Both the position numbers and the translations under genes were made by a program. Shown here piece after piece: positions 25,283 through 37,123 of a stretch of 64,000 nt of DNA (position 1 is its first letter; every line of letters starts with the position of its first letter). The DNA lies in IMG/VR virus record IMGVR_UViG_3300036770_005084, positions 1 to 64,000 of that record; one strand, 5' to 3'. This DNA is from a virus. The notes beneath the pieces were generated by a model that had not been told where the DNA came from, ran no database searches, and was given only the letters and a program-made list of their open reading frames with translations.

Positions 25283-26848
25283 ATGCCTGCAATAGTAACT
25301 GATAATTTTAAGATTGAAAATTGTAGTAATTTTATTAATAAAATTTCATCAACTGATGTATTAACTGATAGCAATTATTATGTTTTTATTGGTTATCCAA
25401 ACTCAAATATATATTGGGATGCTAATCCAGAAAGTCCTGTAGATAATGTAACTTATCATAATTCATATAAAGAGTCTATTCTTGGGGTTAAAAAACTCAC
25501 TTCTTCTAATGTGATTAGAGTAATACCAAGAATAGATTGGGAAAATGGGGTTAGATATGATATGTATAGGCATGATTATAGTGTATATAATCAAACTAAG
25601 GTAACAGGTTCTTCTAGATTATATGATTCAAATTTTTATGTGATGAATAGTGAATATAGAGTTTATATGTGTTTGAGTAATGGTGCAAGTATAGATAATG
25701 AGTTTAAGGGTGTTCCATCAACAATAGAACCAATTCATACTGATCCTAGTGATTATTCTGATAAGGGTGATGGATATGTATGGAAGTATTTGTATACGAT
25801 TAGTCCTGGAGACTTTTTAAAATTTGATTCTACAAAATATATTTCAGTGCCAAATAATTGGCAAACATCATCAAATTCATCTATTAAAAATGTAATTGAC
25901 ACTGCAATTGATGGTGGAATTATTTCAGTCTTGATTGAAAAAAAGGCACAATATTTAGTTGGATCAGATCCACAGCAGGGAATAAGTTGTCAAATTAAAG
26001 GTGATGGATCTAATGCCACTGCATTGGTAATTTTTGATGATGAAGGTTATCCAATATCTGTGCAGGTTACTAATTCAGGATCTGGATATACATATGGAAC
26101 TCTTGATTTAGATTCGGTAGTATCTCCAGCAATTGAAGGAGAACGTTCGATATTTAATGTAATTATTCCACCAATTGGAGGATATGGGAAAAATATATAT
26201 AATGATCTTGGTGCTTTTAGATGCTTAGTTTATTCTAGAATTGAAAATGAAGAAAACAATCCAGATTTTATAGTTGGCAATCAATTTGCAAGAGTTGGTA
26301 TTGTAAAAAATGTTACTGCATATGGGACTGCTTCTCTATTTAATGGGTCTACAGGATCTGGTGTTTATGCTTTGGTAATTGATGGAACTGGATTGGGAAT
26401 AAGTTTGGATGAAGAAATTTCACAATTAAGTACTGGAGCAAAGGGAATAATTGTAAGTACAGAAGAAATAGGATCAGTTACTTTCATCAAATATATTCAA
26501 CCAAGGGAAAACTATGTAGATACTTATGTAAATACCGATCAAGGAATCACTGGTACATTTGATCCATTTGTCGTAAATCCAGATTATACAGGCATCCAAA
26601 CTTCACTTTCATATTCATTTTCCGAATTTAATACTTCTGCTGTTACAATTTCAGGTTCTACATATAATATAGTGTCTATTAATGGATCAACTTATAATGG
26701 AAATTTTTTGGGTCAAAATTTCACAGATGGCATTTCAAAACCAGATATAAATACAAAGAGTGGTGATATTTTATACGTGGATAATAGATCAACGATCACC
26801 AGACAAATAGACCAGAGAGAAGACATTAAAGTTATCATAGAGTTCTAA
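25283..26848 (+). CDS. gp8: Baseplate wedge subunit gp8
   Basis: YDMYRHDYS, FYVMNSEYRVY, DGYVWKYLYTI, QREDIKVIIEF. Confidence 0.92.
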   Translation: MPAIVTDNFKIENCSNFINKISSTDVLTDSNYYVFIGYPNSNIYWDANPESPVDNVTYHNSYKESILGVKKLTSSNVIRVIPRIDWENGVRYDMYRHDYSVYNQTKVTGSSRLYDSNFYVMNSEYRVYMCLSNGASIDNEFKGVPSTIEPIHTDPSDYSDKGDGYVWKYLYTISPGDFLKFDSTKYISVPNNWQTSSNSSIKNVIDTAIDGGIISVLIEKKAQYLVGSDPQQGISCQIKGDGSNATALVIFDDEGYPISVQVTNSGSGYTYGTLDLDSVVSPAIEGERSIFNVIIPPIGGYGKNIYNDLGAFRCLVYSRIENEENNPDFIVGNQFARVGIVKNVTAYGTASLFNGSTGSGVYALVIDGTGLGISLDEEISQLSTGAKGIIVSTEEIGSVTFIKYIQPRENYVDTYVNTDQGITGTFDPFVVNPDYTGIQTSLSYSFSEFNTSAVTISGSTYNIVSINGSTYNGNFLGQNFTDGISKPDINTKSGDILYVDNRSTITRQIDQREDIKVIIEF

Positions 26849-26851
26849 AAA

Positions 26852-29800
26852 ATGTCGCAAAGTACTAATCTAAACGTAAATCCCTATAATGACGACTTTG
26901 ATGCGTCAAAAAATTACTATAAAGTTTTATTTAAACCTGGAGTAACTGTACAATCTAGGGAATTAACTACATTACAATCAATTCTTCAAGATCAAATTGA
27001 AAAATTTGGTTCTAATTTTTATTCAAGTGGTGGTGTTGTTATCCCTGGAAATTTCTCATATGATGGAGCATTTACCTGCGTTGAAGTAGAAGATACTTAT
27101 AGGGGGATATACGTAGAAGATTATTTTAATGGATTAGTTGGTAAACTAATTAGAGGTAAAAATTCTAATATTACTGCAAAAATTGAATTCGTATTATCAA
27201 AAGAAAATTCAATACGAAATAGTACAACAATTTATATAAAATATCAAGGTTCATCTACTACTGATTTTTCAAAAGAAATTTTTGAAGATGGTGAAGAATT
27301 AGTACTTGTTGATGATGTTATATTTGATAATTTTGTATTACTTTCTGGACAAGGGGTGTTTAAAGTTTTAGCACCATCAGGAAGAACAGCATCATCAGTA
27401 GGATCAGCAGCAAAACTAACTACTGGGGTATACTTTATTAGAGGATATTTTGTAAATGTTTATGATGATGTAATAATACTAGATCAATACTCAAATTTAC
27501 CTTCATATAGAGTTGGTTTAGAGATTACTGAAAGTATTATAAATTCAAATCAAGATCCATCATTAAATGATAACTCAAAGGGATTTACAAACTATGCTGC
27601 TCCAGGAGCAGATAGATTAAAAATTACAGCAAATCTAACTAAAAAAGCATTAGATGACTTCAATGATGACAATTTCATAGAATTATATAATGTTAAAAAT
27701 GGAGTTGTAAAAATTGTTAGAAAAAATGATGTAAATAATTTTATTAAGGATATATTAGCAGAAAGAACTTATGATGAATCTGGAAATTACTCAGTAACTC
27801 CATTTGTTGTAGAAGCATTGGAATCTTTAAATGATAGAACTGGAAATGGAGGATTATTTCTAGAAAATCAAAATACATTTGAGGGTGCAACTCCAAATAA
27901 AGATCTTGCAGTATTAAAAATATCACCAGCAAAATCATATATTAAAGGATATGAAGTAAATACCTCTACAGAAATTCTTGATTATATTAAACCAAGAGAA
28001 GAAAAATCAGTAGAGGGATCTTCTGCTGTATTTTCTGCTGGTAATATTTTAAGAATTAATAACATCAATGGTATTCCAAATATTGGGTTAACTAATAATA
28101 CACCATTAATTCTCTATGATACAAGATTAGATGGCACATCAATTAGTGGGGCAGCAACATCTATAGGACAGGCTAGAATATACGATATAGAATCTTTTAA
28201 TAGTGCATATTCAGATGAATCAAGTCAATTTAATTTGTATTTGTTTGACATACAAACATATACAAAATTAACTACAAATATAAATGATGCGAATATCTCA
28301 GTTGGCAATTTTATTGCAGGAAAAAATAGTGGTGCTTCTGGATATGTAATTGAAAAAAATTCTTCTGAAGTTATATTATATCAAGTATCTGGTAAATTCT
28401 CATTTAATGAGCAAATTAATGTTTGTGGAATAGGATCTACAACTTCAATATCTTCAATTGTAGATTATTCTATAGATGACATTAAATCTGTAGGAATTAC
28501 TGGCACATTTGCAGCAGACACAGTTCTGTCAAAAACTACAACCTTCAATGGTCCATTTGATATTACAGTAGTAGGTTCTGCGGCTACAATATCTTCACCA
28601 ACACCGTTTGCAAATACAATTAAAGTCAATGATATTATAAGTTATTTTAGATCTGGTACTTCAGATCCAGTATATAATAAAGTATCTTTAGTATCAACAG
28701 ACAAAAGAAGTATTACAGTCGGTTCTGCATCTACAGTAACAGGTGTTTCAGATGGTGGTCTTGGATCTACAACTATTTTACAATCAATTAATTTAGTAAG
28801 ACCAGAAATTATAAATTATAATAATTCATCTTTATACAGTAAATTATCTCACTCCAGTATATCTGATGTAAGTTTTTTAAACTCCAGTACATTTGTTAAA
28901 AGAAAAAGTGATGGAATAACTATCTCTAGCAATTCAGTTTCTTTACCATCATTACAAAATACCAGTTATGCATATGCACCATTTGATGATGAGAGATATA
29001 ATTTAATAGATTCTGATGATACTCATATTGATTTAACTAATGCATCTTTAACTCTATCTAATGGTGGAAAAGATGCAACTCTCTCTGGATTTACAGCATC
29101 AAATACATCCAGTGCAAAATTAATATCAACATTGATAAAAACTGAGGTTTCTTCAAAATATAAAAAATTAGTTAGATCAAATAATTTAACTATAAGTAGA
29201 ACTAAGTATAGTGTTCCAAAAAATGCAGGGTTAACTTTTAGTTCTATCTATGGAACAAGGGTAGAAGATGGTGAAATCTCATTAAATGTTCCGGATATTT
29301 ATAAATTACATGCAGTATTTCAGTCTTCAGGAACTGGAAATCCACAATTACCCTCATTAGATTTGACTGGTATTGATAGTGCAAACTTAGTTTTAGGTGA
29401 AACTTTAACTGGAGCAACTTCTGGTGCTGTAGCAATTTATACAACAGCAGTTACTACAAACAGTATTTCATTTGTATATAAATCAAATAATAAATTCATT
29501 GCTGGTGAAACTATAGAATTTAAAGAGAGTGGATATTCTGCTACGATAAATTCAATTACAATTGGAGATCCAAATATACTAGAAGAATTTACGTTGGATA
29601 ATGGTCAACGTGAGCAATATTATGATTTTGGCAGAATTATTAAAAAGGATAAGAGCAAAGAATTATCATCTAGAATTACAATAATTTATGATAATTTTGC
29701 ATTTGAACCCACAGATTCTGGTGATATTATTACAGTAAATAGTTATTCTGCAGATGTTTATGGAATGGAAATTCCCAAACTTTCTGGGGTAAGAAACACT

Positions 29801-32800
29801 GATATGGTTGATATTAGACCAAGGGTATCTAACTATTCATTATCTTCAACATATAGTCCATTTGAATTTTTATCTAGAGATTTTTCACTGTCATATAATA
29901 ATTCTGCTCAAGTAATATCATCAAATGAATCTATTGTTTTTGATTATAGTTTTTATCTTGGAAGAATAGATAAAATTTCATTAGATAGTGATGGAAACTT
30001 TAGCATTGTATATGGTCAATCAAATGAGTTTCCAAAAGAACCAAAAATTGATTTAGAGTTATTGGATGTCGCAACTATTGTAGCATCTCCATATGTTTAT
30101 AGTATTGAAGATGATATTACAATTACCTTAACAGATAATCGTAGATATACAATGTCCGATCTACGAGACATTGAAAAAAGAGTTGATGACTTAGAATATT
30201 ATACATCTCTTTCATTACTTGAAATTTCTACCCAGAATCTACTAATTGAAGATTCCGATGGATTAAATCGATTTAAATCAGGATTTTTTGTTGACAACTT
30301 CACTTCATATCTTTCTGCTGATACAAATAATTCTGTTTTTTCTTCTATAATATCAAACAATCAATTAACTCCAATTGAAGTATTGAATAAGATAGATTTA
30401 AATATCAATACATCTGCAGGTATTAAAATTACTGGCAGCACTGCATCATTAGATTACACAGAAGAAGAATATATAACTCAACCTTTTGCTAGCACATACA
30501 CCAGTGTAAATCCATTTAATATAGTAACTTGGAGTGGTGTATTGAGTCTTAACCCAGCAATTGATAGTTGGTCAACGTTTACATCTGAAGCATTGAATCT
30601 AAGACCAGGATTTATGCTTTCTTCTACTGCAATTTCTAGAATGAGATCTAGAAATATACAATTTGTAGGAAATAGATTAAAACCAAATACTAGATTTGAC
30701 TTAATTTTTGATTCTAGAAACTTTACAGATAATTCACTGGGAACAACATATGCATTTCCAAAGTTAATAGAAATTAAAAATGTAACTGGACAATTTAGTA
30801 TTGGAGAAACTGTTAATGGATTTGATGATAATGGCAATTCAATATCATTTAGAATTTGTTCACCAGATCATAAATCCGGTCCAATTGATTCACCAATAAG
30901 AAAATATTCAGTAAATCCATATAATCCAGCAACTGGAATATCTACAATATATGGAATTCAGTCAACAATTTTAAATATTGATGTAGAATCATTACAGATT
31001 AATAATGAATCCCAATTTAGTGGAACTATAACTACAGGAATGATTCTTTATGGTGAAACTAGTAATGCTACTGCTGAAGTTTCTAATGTAAGATTAATTT
31101 CCGATGATAATGGATTAGTTATTGGTAGTATATTTGTTCCAAATACTTCAGAAATATCCTTCCCAACTGGAACTGTAACTGTGGAGTTGGATAGTTATCA
31201 AACATCTTTTGGAGTTCCAGAAGAATATACAAGCTCAGCATCTACTCCTTTCACTTCTACAGGAAGTTTAGTTACCGCAGTTCCAATACCACCTCCACCA
31301 GCAAGAGATCCAATAGCACAATCGTTCTTAGTAGAAGAGCAAGATGGAATAATAATGTCATCTATTGACGTTTATTTTAAGGCAAAGGATGGGAGTGTTC
31401 CAATTACATTAGAAATTAGATCTATGTCTTCTGGATACCCACAAGATGGTTCTGGTGTTATAGATAATCTTTCTGTCACATTAAATCCAGATGAGGTTAA
31501 TATTTCTGAGGATGCTTCTATACCAACTAAATTTACATTTGATAAATTGGTAAGATTGGAAGGTGGAAAAGAATATTCAATTGTTCTAATATCAGATTCT
31601 TCAGATTATTTTGTTTGGATTTCTAGAATTGGATCTGAAGATATTTCTACAGCAAATCTTCCAGAAATTGATAAAATTTTCATCAATAAGCAACCTTCAC
31701 TTGGAACTCTATTTAAGTCTCAAAATGGTGGAACTTGGACTGCAATACAAGAAGAAGATCTTAAATTTGTTATTAATAGGGCAAAATTTGTATCATCTGG
31801 TTCAATAGAGTTAGTAAATTCAAATATTTCCACTACTTCTATTGATAATAAACTTCCATCTAATCCATTATATTGTATTTCAGAGTCAGAACCATCATAT
31901 AATTCTGGAAGATACATATTGGTCAATCATCCAAATCATGGAATGTATTCAAATGGACAAAAAGTAATTTTTAGTGGAATATTTCCAGATTCTCTGCCAA
32001 GAAAACTTACATCAAAATATGAAATAACATCTACATCAAATATTGAATTAGATTCAACATCAGGATTTGAAGTATTTGAAAGTTCAGCAGTATCAGTTAC
32101 AAATCCAGGTTATATTTTAATTTCCGATGAAGTTATTTCTTATACTGGTATTTCTGGAAACTTCTTAACAGGAATTCAAAGATCTAAATTTGGATCTCCA
32201 GCATTAACTCATTTACAAAATTCAAGAGTATATAAGTATGAATTAAATGGAATTAGTTTATCAAGAATTAATACCACACATACAATACAAGATCCCGAAA
32301 TAGATTCTTATTATGTTGAAATAACCGCAGCATCATCAATAAAATTCACCTCTAGTAAACTTTCTGGTGGAGATTCTTGTTATGCGTCAAAAAATATAAT
32401 TTTCTCATCTATAGAAGGAAATAACGAGATTATTTCTAATTTTAATTCAACTTCTGTAAATTCATCAATTAGAACTATAAGTTCTAGATCATCTAGTGGA
32501 TCAGAAACTGCATTTTTAGATAATGGGTATGAATCTATAGATATAAACTCAGAAAATATATTTACCACACTTAGAATGGTTTCATCGAGACCAAATGAAA
32601 CCGAGTTCTTATCTAATTCTCAGTTTGTAGATAATAAATCTCTATTCTTACAATTGTCATTATCCTCATTAGACGACAAATTATCTCCAATAGTTGACTT
32701 AAATAATTTATTCTTAACATCAAAATCATATAGAATCAATTCACCAATTTCAAATTATATTACAGATTCTAGAGTAAATTCAAATACTGATGATCCCAAT

Positions 32801-33190
32801 AAATTTGTATATGTCTCTCAAAAAATCAATTTATCTCAAACTGCTTCTTCATTAAAAGTTTTATTATCTGCTTATAGACCTCAAGATTCAGATATTAGAG
32901 TTCTTTATAAATTGTTTAGAAATGATGTTCCAGATGAAGATCAAGTATGGGAACTTTTCCCAGGATATGAAAATCTAGACTCTAATGGTCAGATAATCTC
33001 AGACTCAAATAACAATGGAAATCCAGACTTCTTTGTTAGAAATAGTAATGAAGATGAATTCTTAGAGTATTCATTTACAATTGATGGATTGCCAGCATTT
33101 AATGCGTTTGCAATAAAGATCATTGGATCCTCAACAAATCAAGCAAATTATCCAATAATTAGTGAGTTGAGAGGAATAGCACTTAAATAA
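26852..33190 (+). CDS. VrlC-like / DUF4815 virion structural protein
   Basis: NLNVNPYNDDF, VQSRELTTLQS, APGADRLKI, RFKSGFFVDNF, DPIAQSF. Confidence 0.85.
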   Translation: MSQSTNLNVNPYNDDFDASKNYYKVLFKPGVTVQSRELTTLQSILQDQIEKFGSNFYSSGGVVIPGNFSYDGAFTCVEVEDTYRGIYVEDYFNGLVGKLIRGKNSNITAKIEFVLSKENSIRNSTTIYIKYQGSSTTDFSKEIFEDGEELVLVDDVIFDNFVLLSGQGVFKVLAPSGRTASSVGSAAKLTTGVYFIRGYFVNVYDDVIILDQYSNLPSYRVGLEITESIINSNQDPSLNDNSKGFTNYAAPGADRLKITANLTKKALDDFNDDNFIELYNVKNGVVKIVRKNDVNNFIKDILAERTYDESGNYSVTPFVVEALESLNDRTGNGGLFLENQNTFEGATPNKDLAVLKISPAKSYIKGYEVNTSTEILDYIKPREEKSVEGSSAVFSAGNILRINNINGIPNIGLTNNTPLILYDTRLDGTSISGAATSIGQARIYDIESFNSAYSDESSQFNLYLFDIQTYTKLTTNINDANISVGNFIAGKNSGASGYVIEKNSSEVILYQVSGKFSFNEQINVCGIGSTTSISSIVDYSIDDIKSVGITGTFAADTVLSKTTTFNGPFDITVVGSAATISSPTPFANTIKVNDIISYFRSGTSDPVYNKVSLVSTDKRSITVGSASTVTGVSDGGLGSTTILQSINLVRPEIINYNNSSLYSKLSHSSISDVSFLNSSTFVKRKSDGITISSNSVSLPSLQNTSYAYAPFDDERYNLIDSDDTHIDLTNASLTLSNGGKDATLSGFTASNTSSAKLISTLIKTEVSSKYKKLVRSNNLTISRTKYSVPKNAGLTFSSIYGTRVEDGEISLNVPDIYKLHAVFQSSGTGNPQLPSLDLTGIDSANLVLGETLTGATSGAVAIYTTAVTTNSISFVYKSNNKFIAGETIEFKESGYSATINSITIGDPNILEEFTLDNGQREQYYDFGRIIKKDKSKELSSRITIIYDNFAFEPTDSGDIITVNSYSADVYGMEIPKLSGVRNTDMVDIRPRVSNYSLSSTYSPFEFLSRDFSLSYNNSAQVISSNESIVFDYSFYLGRIDKISLDSDGNFSIVYGQSNEFPKEPKIDLELLDVATIVASPYVYSIEDDITITLTDNRRYTMSDLRDIEKRVDDLEYYTSLSLLEISTQNLLIEDSDGLNRFKSGFFVDNFTSYLSADTNNSVFSSIISNNQLTPIEVLNKIDLNINTSAGIKITGSTASLDYTEEEYITQPFASTYTSVNPFNIVTWSGVLSLNPAIDSWSTFTSEALNLRPGFMLSSTAISRMRSRNIQFVGNRLKPNTRFDLIFDSRNFTDNSLGTTYAFPKLIEIKNVTGQFSIGETVNGFDDNGNSISFRICSPDHKSGPIDSPIRKYSVNPYNPATGISTIYGIQSTILNIDVESLQINNESQFSGTITTGMILYGETSNATAEVSNVRLISDDNGLVIGSIFVPNTSEISFPTGTVTVELDSYQTSFGVPEEYTSSASTPFTSTGSLVTAVPIPPPPARDPIAQSFLVEEQDGIIMSSIDVYFKAKDGSVPITLEIRSMSSGYPQDGSGVIDNLSVTLNPDEVNISEDASIPTKFTFDKLVRLEGGKEYSIVLISDSSDYFVWISRIGSEDISTANLPEIDKIFINKQPSLGTLFKSQNGGTWTAIQEEDLKFVINRAKFVSSGSIELVNSNISTTSIDNKLPSNPLYCISESEPSYNSGRYILVNHPNHGMYSNGQKVIFSGIFPDSLPRKLTSKYEITSTSNIELDSTSGFEVFESSAVSVTNPGYILISDEVISYTGISGNFLTGIQRSKFGSPALTHLQNSRVYKYELNGISLSRINTTHTIQDPEIDSYYVEITAASSIKFTSSKLSGGDSCYASKNIIFSSIEGNNEIISNFNSTSVNSSIRTISSRSSSGSETAFLDNGYESIDINSENIFTTLRMVSSRPNETEFLSNSQFVDNKSLFLQLSLSSLDDKLSPIVDLNNLFLTSKSYRINSPISNYITDSRVNSNTDDPNKFVYVSQKINLSQTASSLKVLLSAYRPQDSDIRVLYKLFRNDVPDEDQVWELFPGYENLDSNGQIISDSNNNGNPDFFVRNSNEDEFLEYSFTIDGLPAFNAFAIKIIGSSTNQANYPIISELRGIALK

Positions 33191-33191
33191 A

Positions 33192-33419
33192 ATGAAATAT
33201 GCGAAAGTAAATGGGTATCCAAATTTACTCAGAGATTTGGATACTAATGCAATAATAAACGTGGACTCTACAGAGTCCACAAATTACGATAGACTGAAAA
33301 GGAAAAAAATATTAGAAAAAACTGAAATTAATAAAATGAAAGAGGATATTGAAGACCTAAAGAAATCTATCGATAAATTATCAACTATTATTCTGGAGTT
33401 TGTTAGTAATGAATCATGA
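33192..33419 (+). CDS. Conserved hypothetical protein (coiled coil)
   Basis: LLRDLDTNAIIN motif; position before gp13. Confidence 0.8.
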   Translation: MKYAKVNGYPNLLRDLDTNAIINVDSTESTNYDRLKRKKILEKTEINKMKEDIEDLKKSIDKLSTIILEFVSNES

Positions 33420-33582
33420 GAATCTTAAACTAGATAGCATAAACAAATTATTTGAATATGAAAAAATATCTAGGGAATTGGATACTTGCACAAATATAGA
33501 TTTGTTGAGAAATCTTTGTAAATGCTATGTGAAATTATATTTAAAACAACAAGAGACCTTATCATTTATTCTAAATAATTAA
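33409..33582 (+). CDS. Conserved hypothetical protein
   Basis: FEYEKISRELD...KLYLKQQET; start moved to the ATG at 33409. Confidence 0.75.
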   Translation: MNHENLKLDSINKLFEYEKISRELDTCTNIDLLRNLCKCYVKLYLKQQETLSFILNN

Positions 33583-33596
33583 AAAGAGAAACCATA

Positions 33597-34427
33597 ATGG
33601 CAAAACCAGCATCAAGACAACAATTAATTGATTATTGCCTAAGAAGACTTGGTGCCCCAGTTTTAGAAATTAATGTTGCTGAAGAGCAAATAGATGATCT
33701 GGTAGATGATGCCTTACAATATTTTAGTGAAAGGCATTTTGATGGGGTCGAAAAAATGTTTCTCAAATATAAAATAACAGAAGATGATATTGATAGAGGA
33801 AGGTCTAGTGGTGGTAGTATTTCAAGTGGTATAGTTACAACTACGGTTAATTCTGGAATAGGGACTTTTAAATGGGAAGAAAATAGCAATTACATTCCAG
33901 TTCCAGACACTATTATTGGTATTGAGAGAATATTTAAACTAAGTAGTACAACGATTGCATCAAATTTATTCAGTATAAACTATCAGTTATTTTTAAATGA
34001 TATTTATTGGTTTAGTTCTACAGAACTTTTGAATTACTATGTGACAAAAAGATATCTAGAAGATATTGATTGGATTGTAACCCCAGATAGACAAATTAGA
34101 TTTAATAAACGTCAAAATAGACTTTATATTGATACAAATTGGAATACTTTGAATGCTGGAGATTATTTACTGATAGAATGTTATCGAATATTAGATCCAA
34201 CAAATTTCACAAACGTATATAATGATTCATTTTTAAAGATGTATTTGACATCTTTAATTAAAAAACAATGGGGACAAAACTTAATAAAATTCCAAGGTGT
34301 TAAATTGCCGGGGGGAATTGAACTTAATGGAAGACAAATTTATGATGATGCCCTAAAAGAATTGCAAGATATCCAAGACAGGATGATGCTCGAATTCGAA
34401 TTGCCCCCAATGGACTTAATAGGATAA
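33597..34427 (+). CDS. gp13: Neck protein gp13
   Basis: LRRLGAPVLEINV, KQWGQNLIKF, LPGGIELNG. Confidence 0.95.
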   Translation: MAKPASRQQLIDYCLRRLGAPVLEINVAEEQIDDLVDDALQYFSERHFDGVEKMFLKYKITEDDIDRGRSSGGSISSGIVTTTVNSGIGTFKWEENSNYIPVPDTIIGIERIFKLSSTTIASNLFSINYQLFLNDIYWFSSTELLNYYVTKRYLEDIDWIVTPDRQIRFNKRQNRLYIDTNWNTLNAGDYLLIECYRILDPTNFTNVYNDSFLKMYLTSLIKKQWGQNLIKFQGVKLPGGIELNGRQIYDDALKELQDIQDRMMLEFELPPMDLIG

Positions 34428-34428
34428 C

Positions 34429-35802
34429 ATGTTAAACCCATTTTTTCTACAAGGATCATTAACTGAGCAAGGTCTTGTTCAAGACCTTATAAATGAACAA
34501 TTGAAAATGTATGGTATTGAAGTATACTATATGCCAAGAGAAATATTCTCAGAAGGTAAAGTAATACGTGATGTAATAAATTCAAAGTTTAATAATGCAT
34601 TTCCTATTGAAGCGTATTTAGTAAATTATGAAGGATTTGATGCAAATAGTGTCATGATGAGTAAATTTGGTGTAAAGATTACTGATGAAATGAATTTAAT
34701 TATTTCAAAGGAAAGATTTGAACTATACATATCAGAATTAATAAAAGATATACCAAATATAAAAAATCCATTAAGACCTAATGAGGGAGATTTAATTTAT
34801 ATTCCATTATCTGACAGTTTAATGGAAATTAAATTTGTTGAGAATAGAAAACCATTTTACCAACTACAAAAAAATTATGTTTATGACTTGAGATGTGAAG
34901 TATATGAAATGGATGATTCTGAAATTAATACTGGTATTGATGATGTTGATGAACCAATGAAAGATCTTGGATATAATGCAACTTTAACATTATCTGGAAT
35001 AGGTTCTACAGCATCTGCATACACATCTATAGTAAATGGAGCAATCTATAAAGTTGATGTTATTAATGGTGGATATGGTTACATTTCTACCCCTAAGATA
35101 ATAGTTTCAGAACCATCTTCAGGATCTGTGGCAGAATTATCTGGTATAATGACATCATCAAGATCATTGGTAAATAAATTAAGTTTAGATGAGATTTACA
35201 TAAAAGATCCGGGTTTTGGTTATACAAATAATGATAAAGTATTGTTATCATTTTTTGGTGGTGGTGGATATAATATCAAAGTTTCACCAAAAATATCTAC
35301 AACTGGAAGTATAGGAGTTGTTACATTATCTTCCTCTGGATACGGATATGTAGATACTCCTACAATAGTATTTTCCTCTCCTGGGGTTGGTGTAACTGCT
35401 ACTGGATATGCGGTATTAGATGCGTCTGGAAGTATTGATGAAATCCGAATAACAAATGCTGGATATGGATATACTTCTCCACCATCAATTACAATAGGTG
35501 CAGGTACAACAATAGCAGAAGGTAGTTTTGAATTTGGAGAAAGAGTAACTGGATCTATTAGTGGTGCAATAGGAATAGTTAAAAATTGGAATTCACCACT
35601 AAAAACTTTAGAAGTTACCGGAACTGGGAAAGATTTTATTGAGGGAGAAAAGATAATTGGCAGTGATACAAATTCTACTTATATAATTAAAGAGTATAAA
35701 ACTTTTGAAAATAAGACTGATTATAATAACAATGATATTATTGAAAGTGAGGCAGATGAAATAATAGATTTCAGTGAAATTAACCCATTTGGAGATATTT
35801 AA
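34429..35802 (+). CDS. gp14: Neck protein gp14
   Basis: EQLKMYGIEVYYMPR, RPNEGDLIY, DFSEINPFG. Confidence 0.93.
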   Translation: MLNPFFLQGSLTEQGLVQDLINEQLKMYGIEVYYMPREIFSEGKVIRDVINSKFNNAFPIEAYLVNYEGFDANSVMMSKFGVKITDEMNLIISKERFELYISELIKDIPNIKNPLRPNEGDLIYIPLSDSLMEIKFVENRKPFYQLQKNYVYDLRCEVYEMDDSEINTGIDDVDEPMKDLGYNATLTLSGIGSTASAYTSIVNGAIYKVDVINGGYGYISTPKIIVSEPSSGSVAELSGIMTSSRSLVNKLSLDEIYIKDPGFGYTNNDKVLLSFFGGGGYNIKVSPKISTTGSIGVVTLSSSGYGYVDTPTIVFSSPGVGVTATGYAVLDASGSIDEIRITNAGYGYTSPPSITIGAGTTIAEGSFEFGERVTGSISGAIGIVKNWNSPLKTLEVTGTGKDFIEGEKIIGSDTNSTYIIKEYKTFENKTDYNNNDIIESEADEIIDFSEINPFGDI

Positions 35803-35842
35803 CTTTTAGTTAAATATATAAATAATAGGATTGGAGTTTAGT

Positions 35843-36697
35843 ATGCTTGGCAACTATTTTTACAACAAATGCATTCATAAGACTGTAGTTGCATTTGGAA
35901 CATTATTTAATAATATAAAAATACATCATTCAGATCAAAGTGATGTTGATGTTTCAATATTAAAAGTGCCATTATCTTATGGTCCAATTCAAAAATTTCT
36001 ATCTAGAATTGAGCAAGCACCAGACGGAAATAGAAGAGTAGCAACTACTCTTCCGAGAATGTCATTTGAAATGATATCCATTGAATATGCACCAGCAAGA
36101 AAAGCATCAGCAATACAAAAATTCAAATCTTCACCAAACTCCTCTGGAAATGAAATTAAAAATATTTACATGCCAGTACCATATGATATTGGATTTGAAT
36201 TGACAATTGTTTCAAAAATTCAGGACGATGCTTTACAGATAATAGAGCAAATTATACCATTTTTTCAACCATCATTTAATGTTACAGTAAATTTAATTCC
36301 AGAAATATCAGAAAGAAGGGACATACCAGTAGTTTTAAATAGAATTAATTTTAGAGATACTTACGAAGAAGATTTTACACAAAGAAGATTAATTTATTAC
36401 ACCTTAAGTTTTACTGCAAAAACTTACATCTTCAATGAAATTCCTTCCGACTCAGATGGTCTGATTAGAAAAGTTCAAGTTGATTATGCATCAGATGCTA
36501 TTAAAAATGCTAAACGTGAACTAAGATATACAGTAACTCCAAAAGCACTTGAAGATTACAATGAGGATGGAAATATTGATGTTCTAGATGATCCATTAGT
36601 TGAATATGGTGATGATTTTGGATTTAATAGTTCTCTAGAAGATTTTAGTGATTTTAAGACTTACAGTAGTTCTCAAGGTATTGACGTAGATATTTGA
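35843..36697 (+). CDS. gp15: Tail sheath stabiliser / terminator gp15
   Basis: VVAFGTLFNNI, VPLSYGP, LPRMSFE, QIIEQIIPFFQP. Confidence 0.95.
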   Translation: MLGNYFYNKCIHKTVVAFGTLFNNIKIHHSDQSDVDVSILKVPLSYGPIQKFLSRIEQAPDGNRRVATTLPRMSFEMISIEYAPARKASAIQKFKSSPNSSGNEIKNIYMPVPYDIGFELTIVSKIQDDALQIIEQIIPFFQPSFNVTVNLIPEISERRDIPVVLNRINFRDTYEEDFTQRRLIYYTLSFTAKTYIFNEIPSDSDGLIRKVQVDYASDAIKNAKRELRYTVTPKALEDYNEDGNIDVLDDPLVEYGDDFGFNSSLEDFSDFKTYSSSQGIDVDI

Positions 36698-36699
36698 TT

Positions 36700-37104
36700 A
36701 TGGAAAATAATTATAAAAACATAGAAGATGCTTTAGACATTGAAACAAGCATAATAGAAACGCAAAAGGAAGAAATTACTGCCCCGAATGACCCTCAAAA
36801 AGATTATGATTATACTAGAGCAAATCTGTACAATTTAATTGAAAAGGGACAAGAAGCAATTACTGGCATATTAGAACTTGCACAAGAATCTGGTCATCCA
36901 AGAGCATATGAAGTTGCTGGTCAATTGATAAAATCGGTTGGTGATGTTTCAGACAAACTTTTAGATTTACAAAAGAAAATGAAAGATTTAGATGCACCTC
37001 AGAAGAACGGTCCTACAACGGTAAATAATGCTCTATTTGTTGGTTCTACCGCAGAATTATCAAAACTTATAAAGAAAGGTCTTCTAAATAATTCAGAAGA
37101 GTAG
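36700..37104 (+). CDS. gp16: Terminase small subunit gp16
   Basis: DYDYTRANL, HPRAYEVAGQL, FVGSTAEL. Confidence 0.93.
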   Translation: MENNYKNIEDALDIETSIIETQKEEITAPNDPQKDYDYTRANLYNLIEKGQEAITGILELAQESGHPRAYEVAGQLIKSVGDVSDKLLDLQKKMKDLDAPQKNGPTTVNNALFVGSTAELSKLIKKGLLNNSEE

Positions 37105-37123
37105 TATTTAAAGTTAGATATAT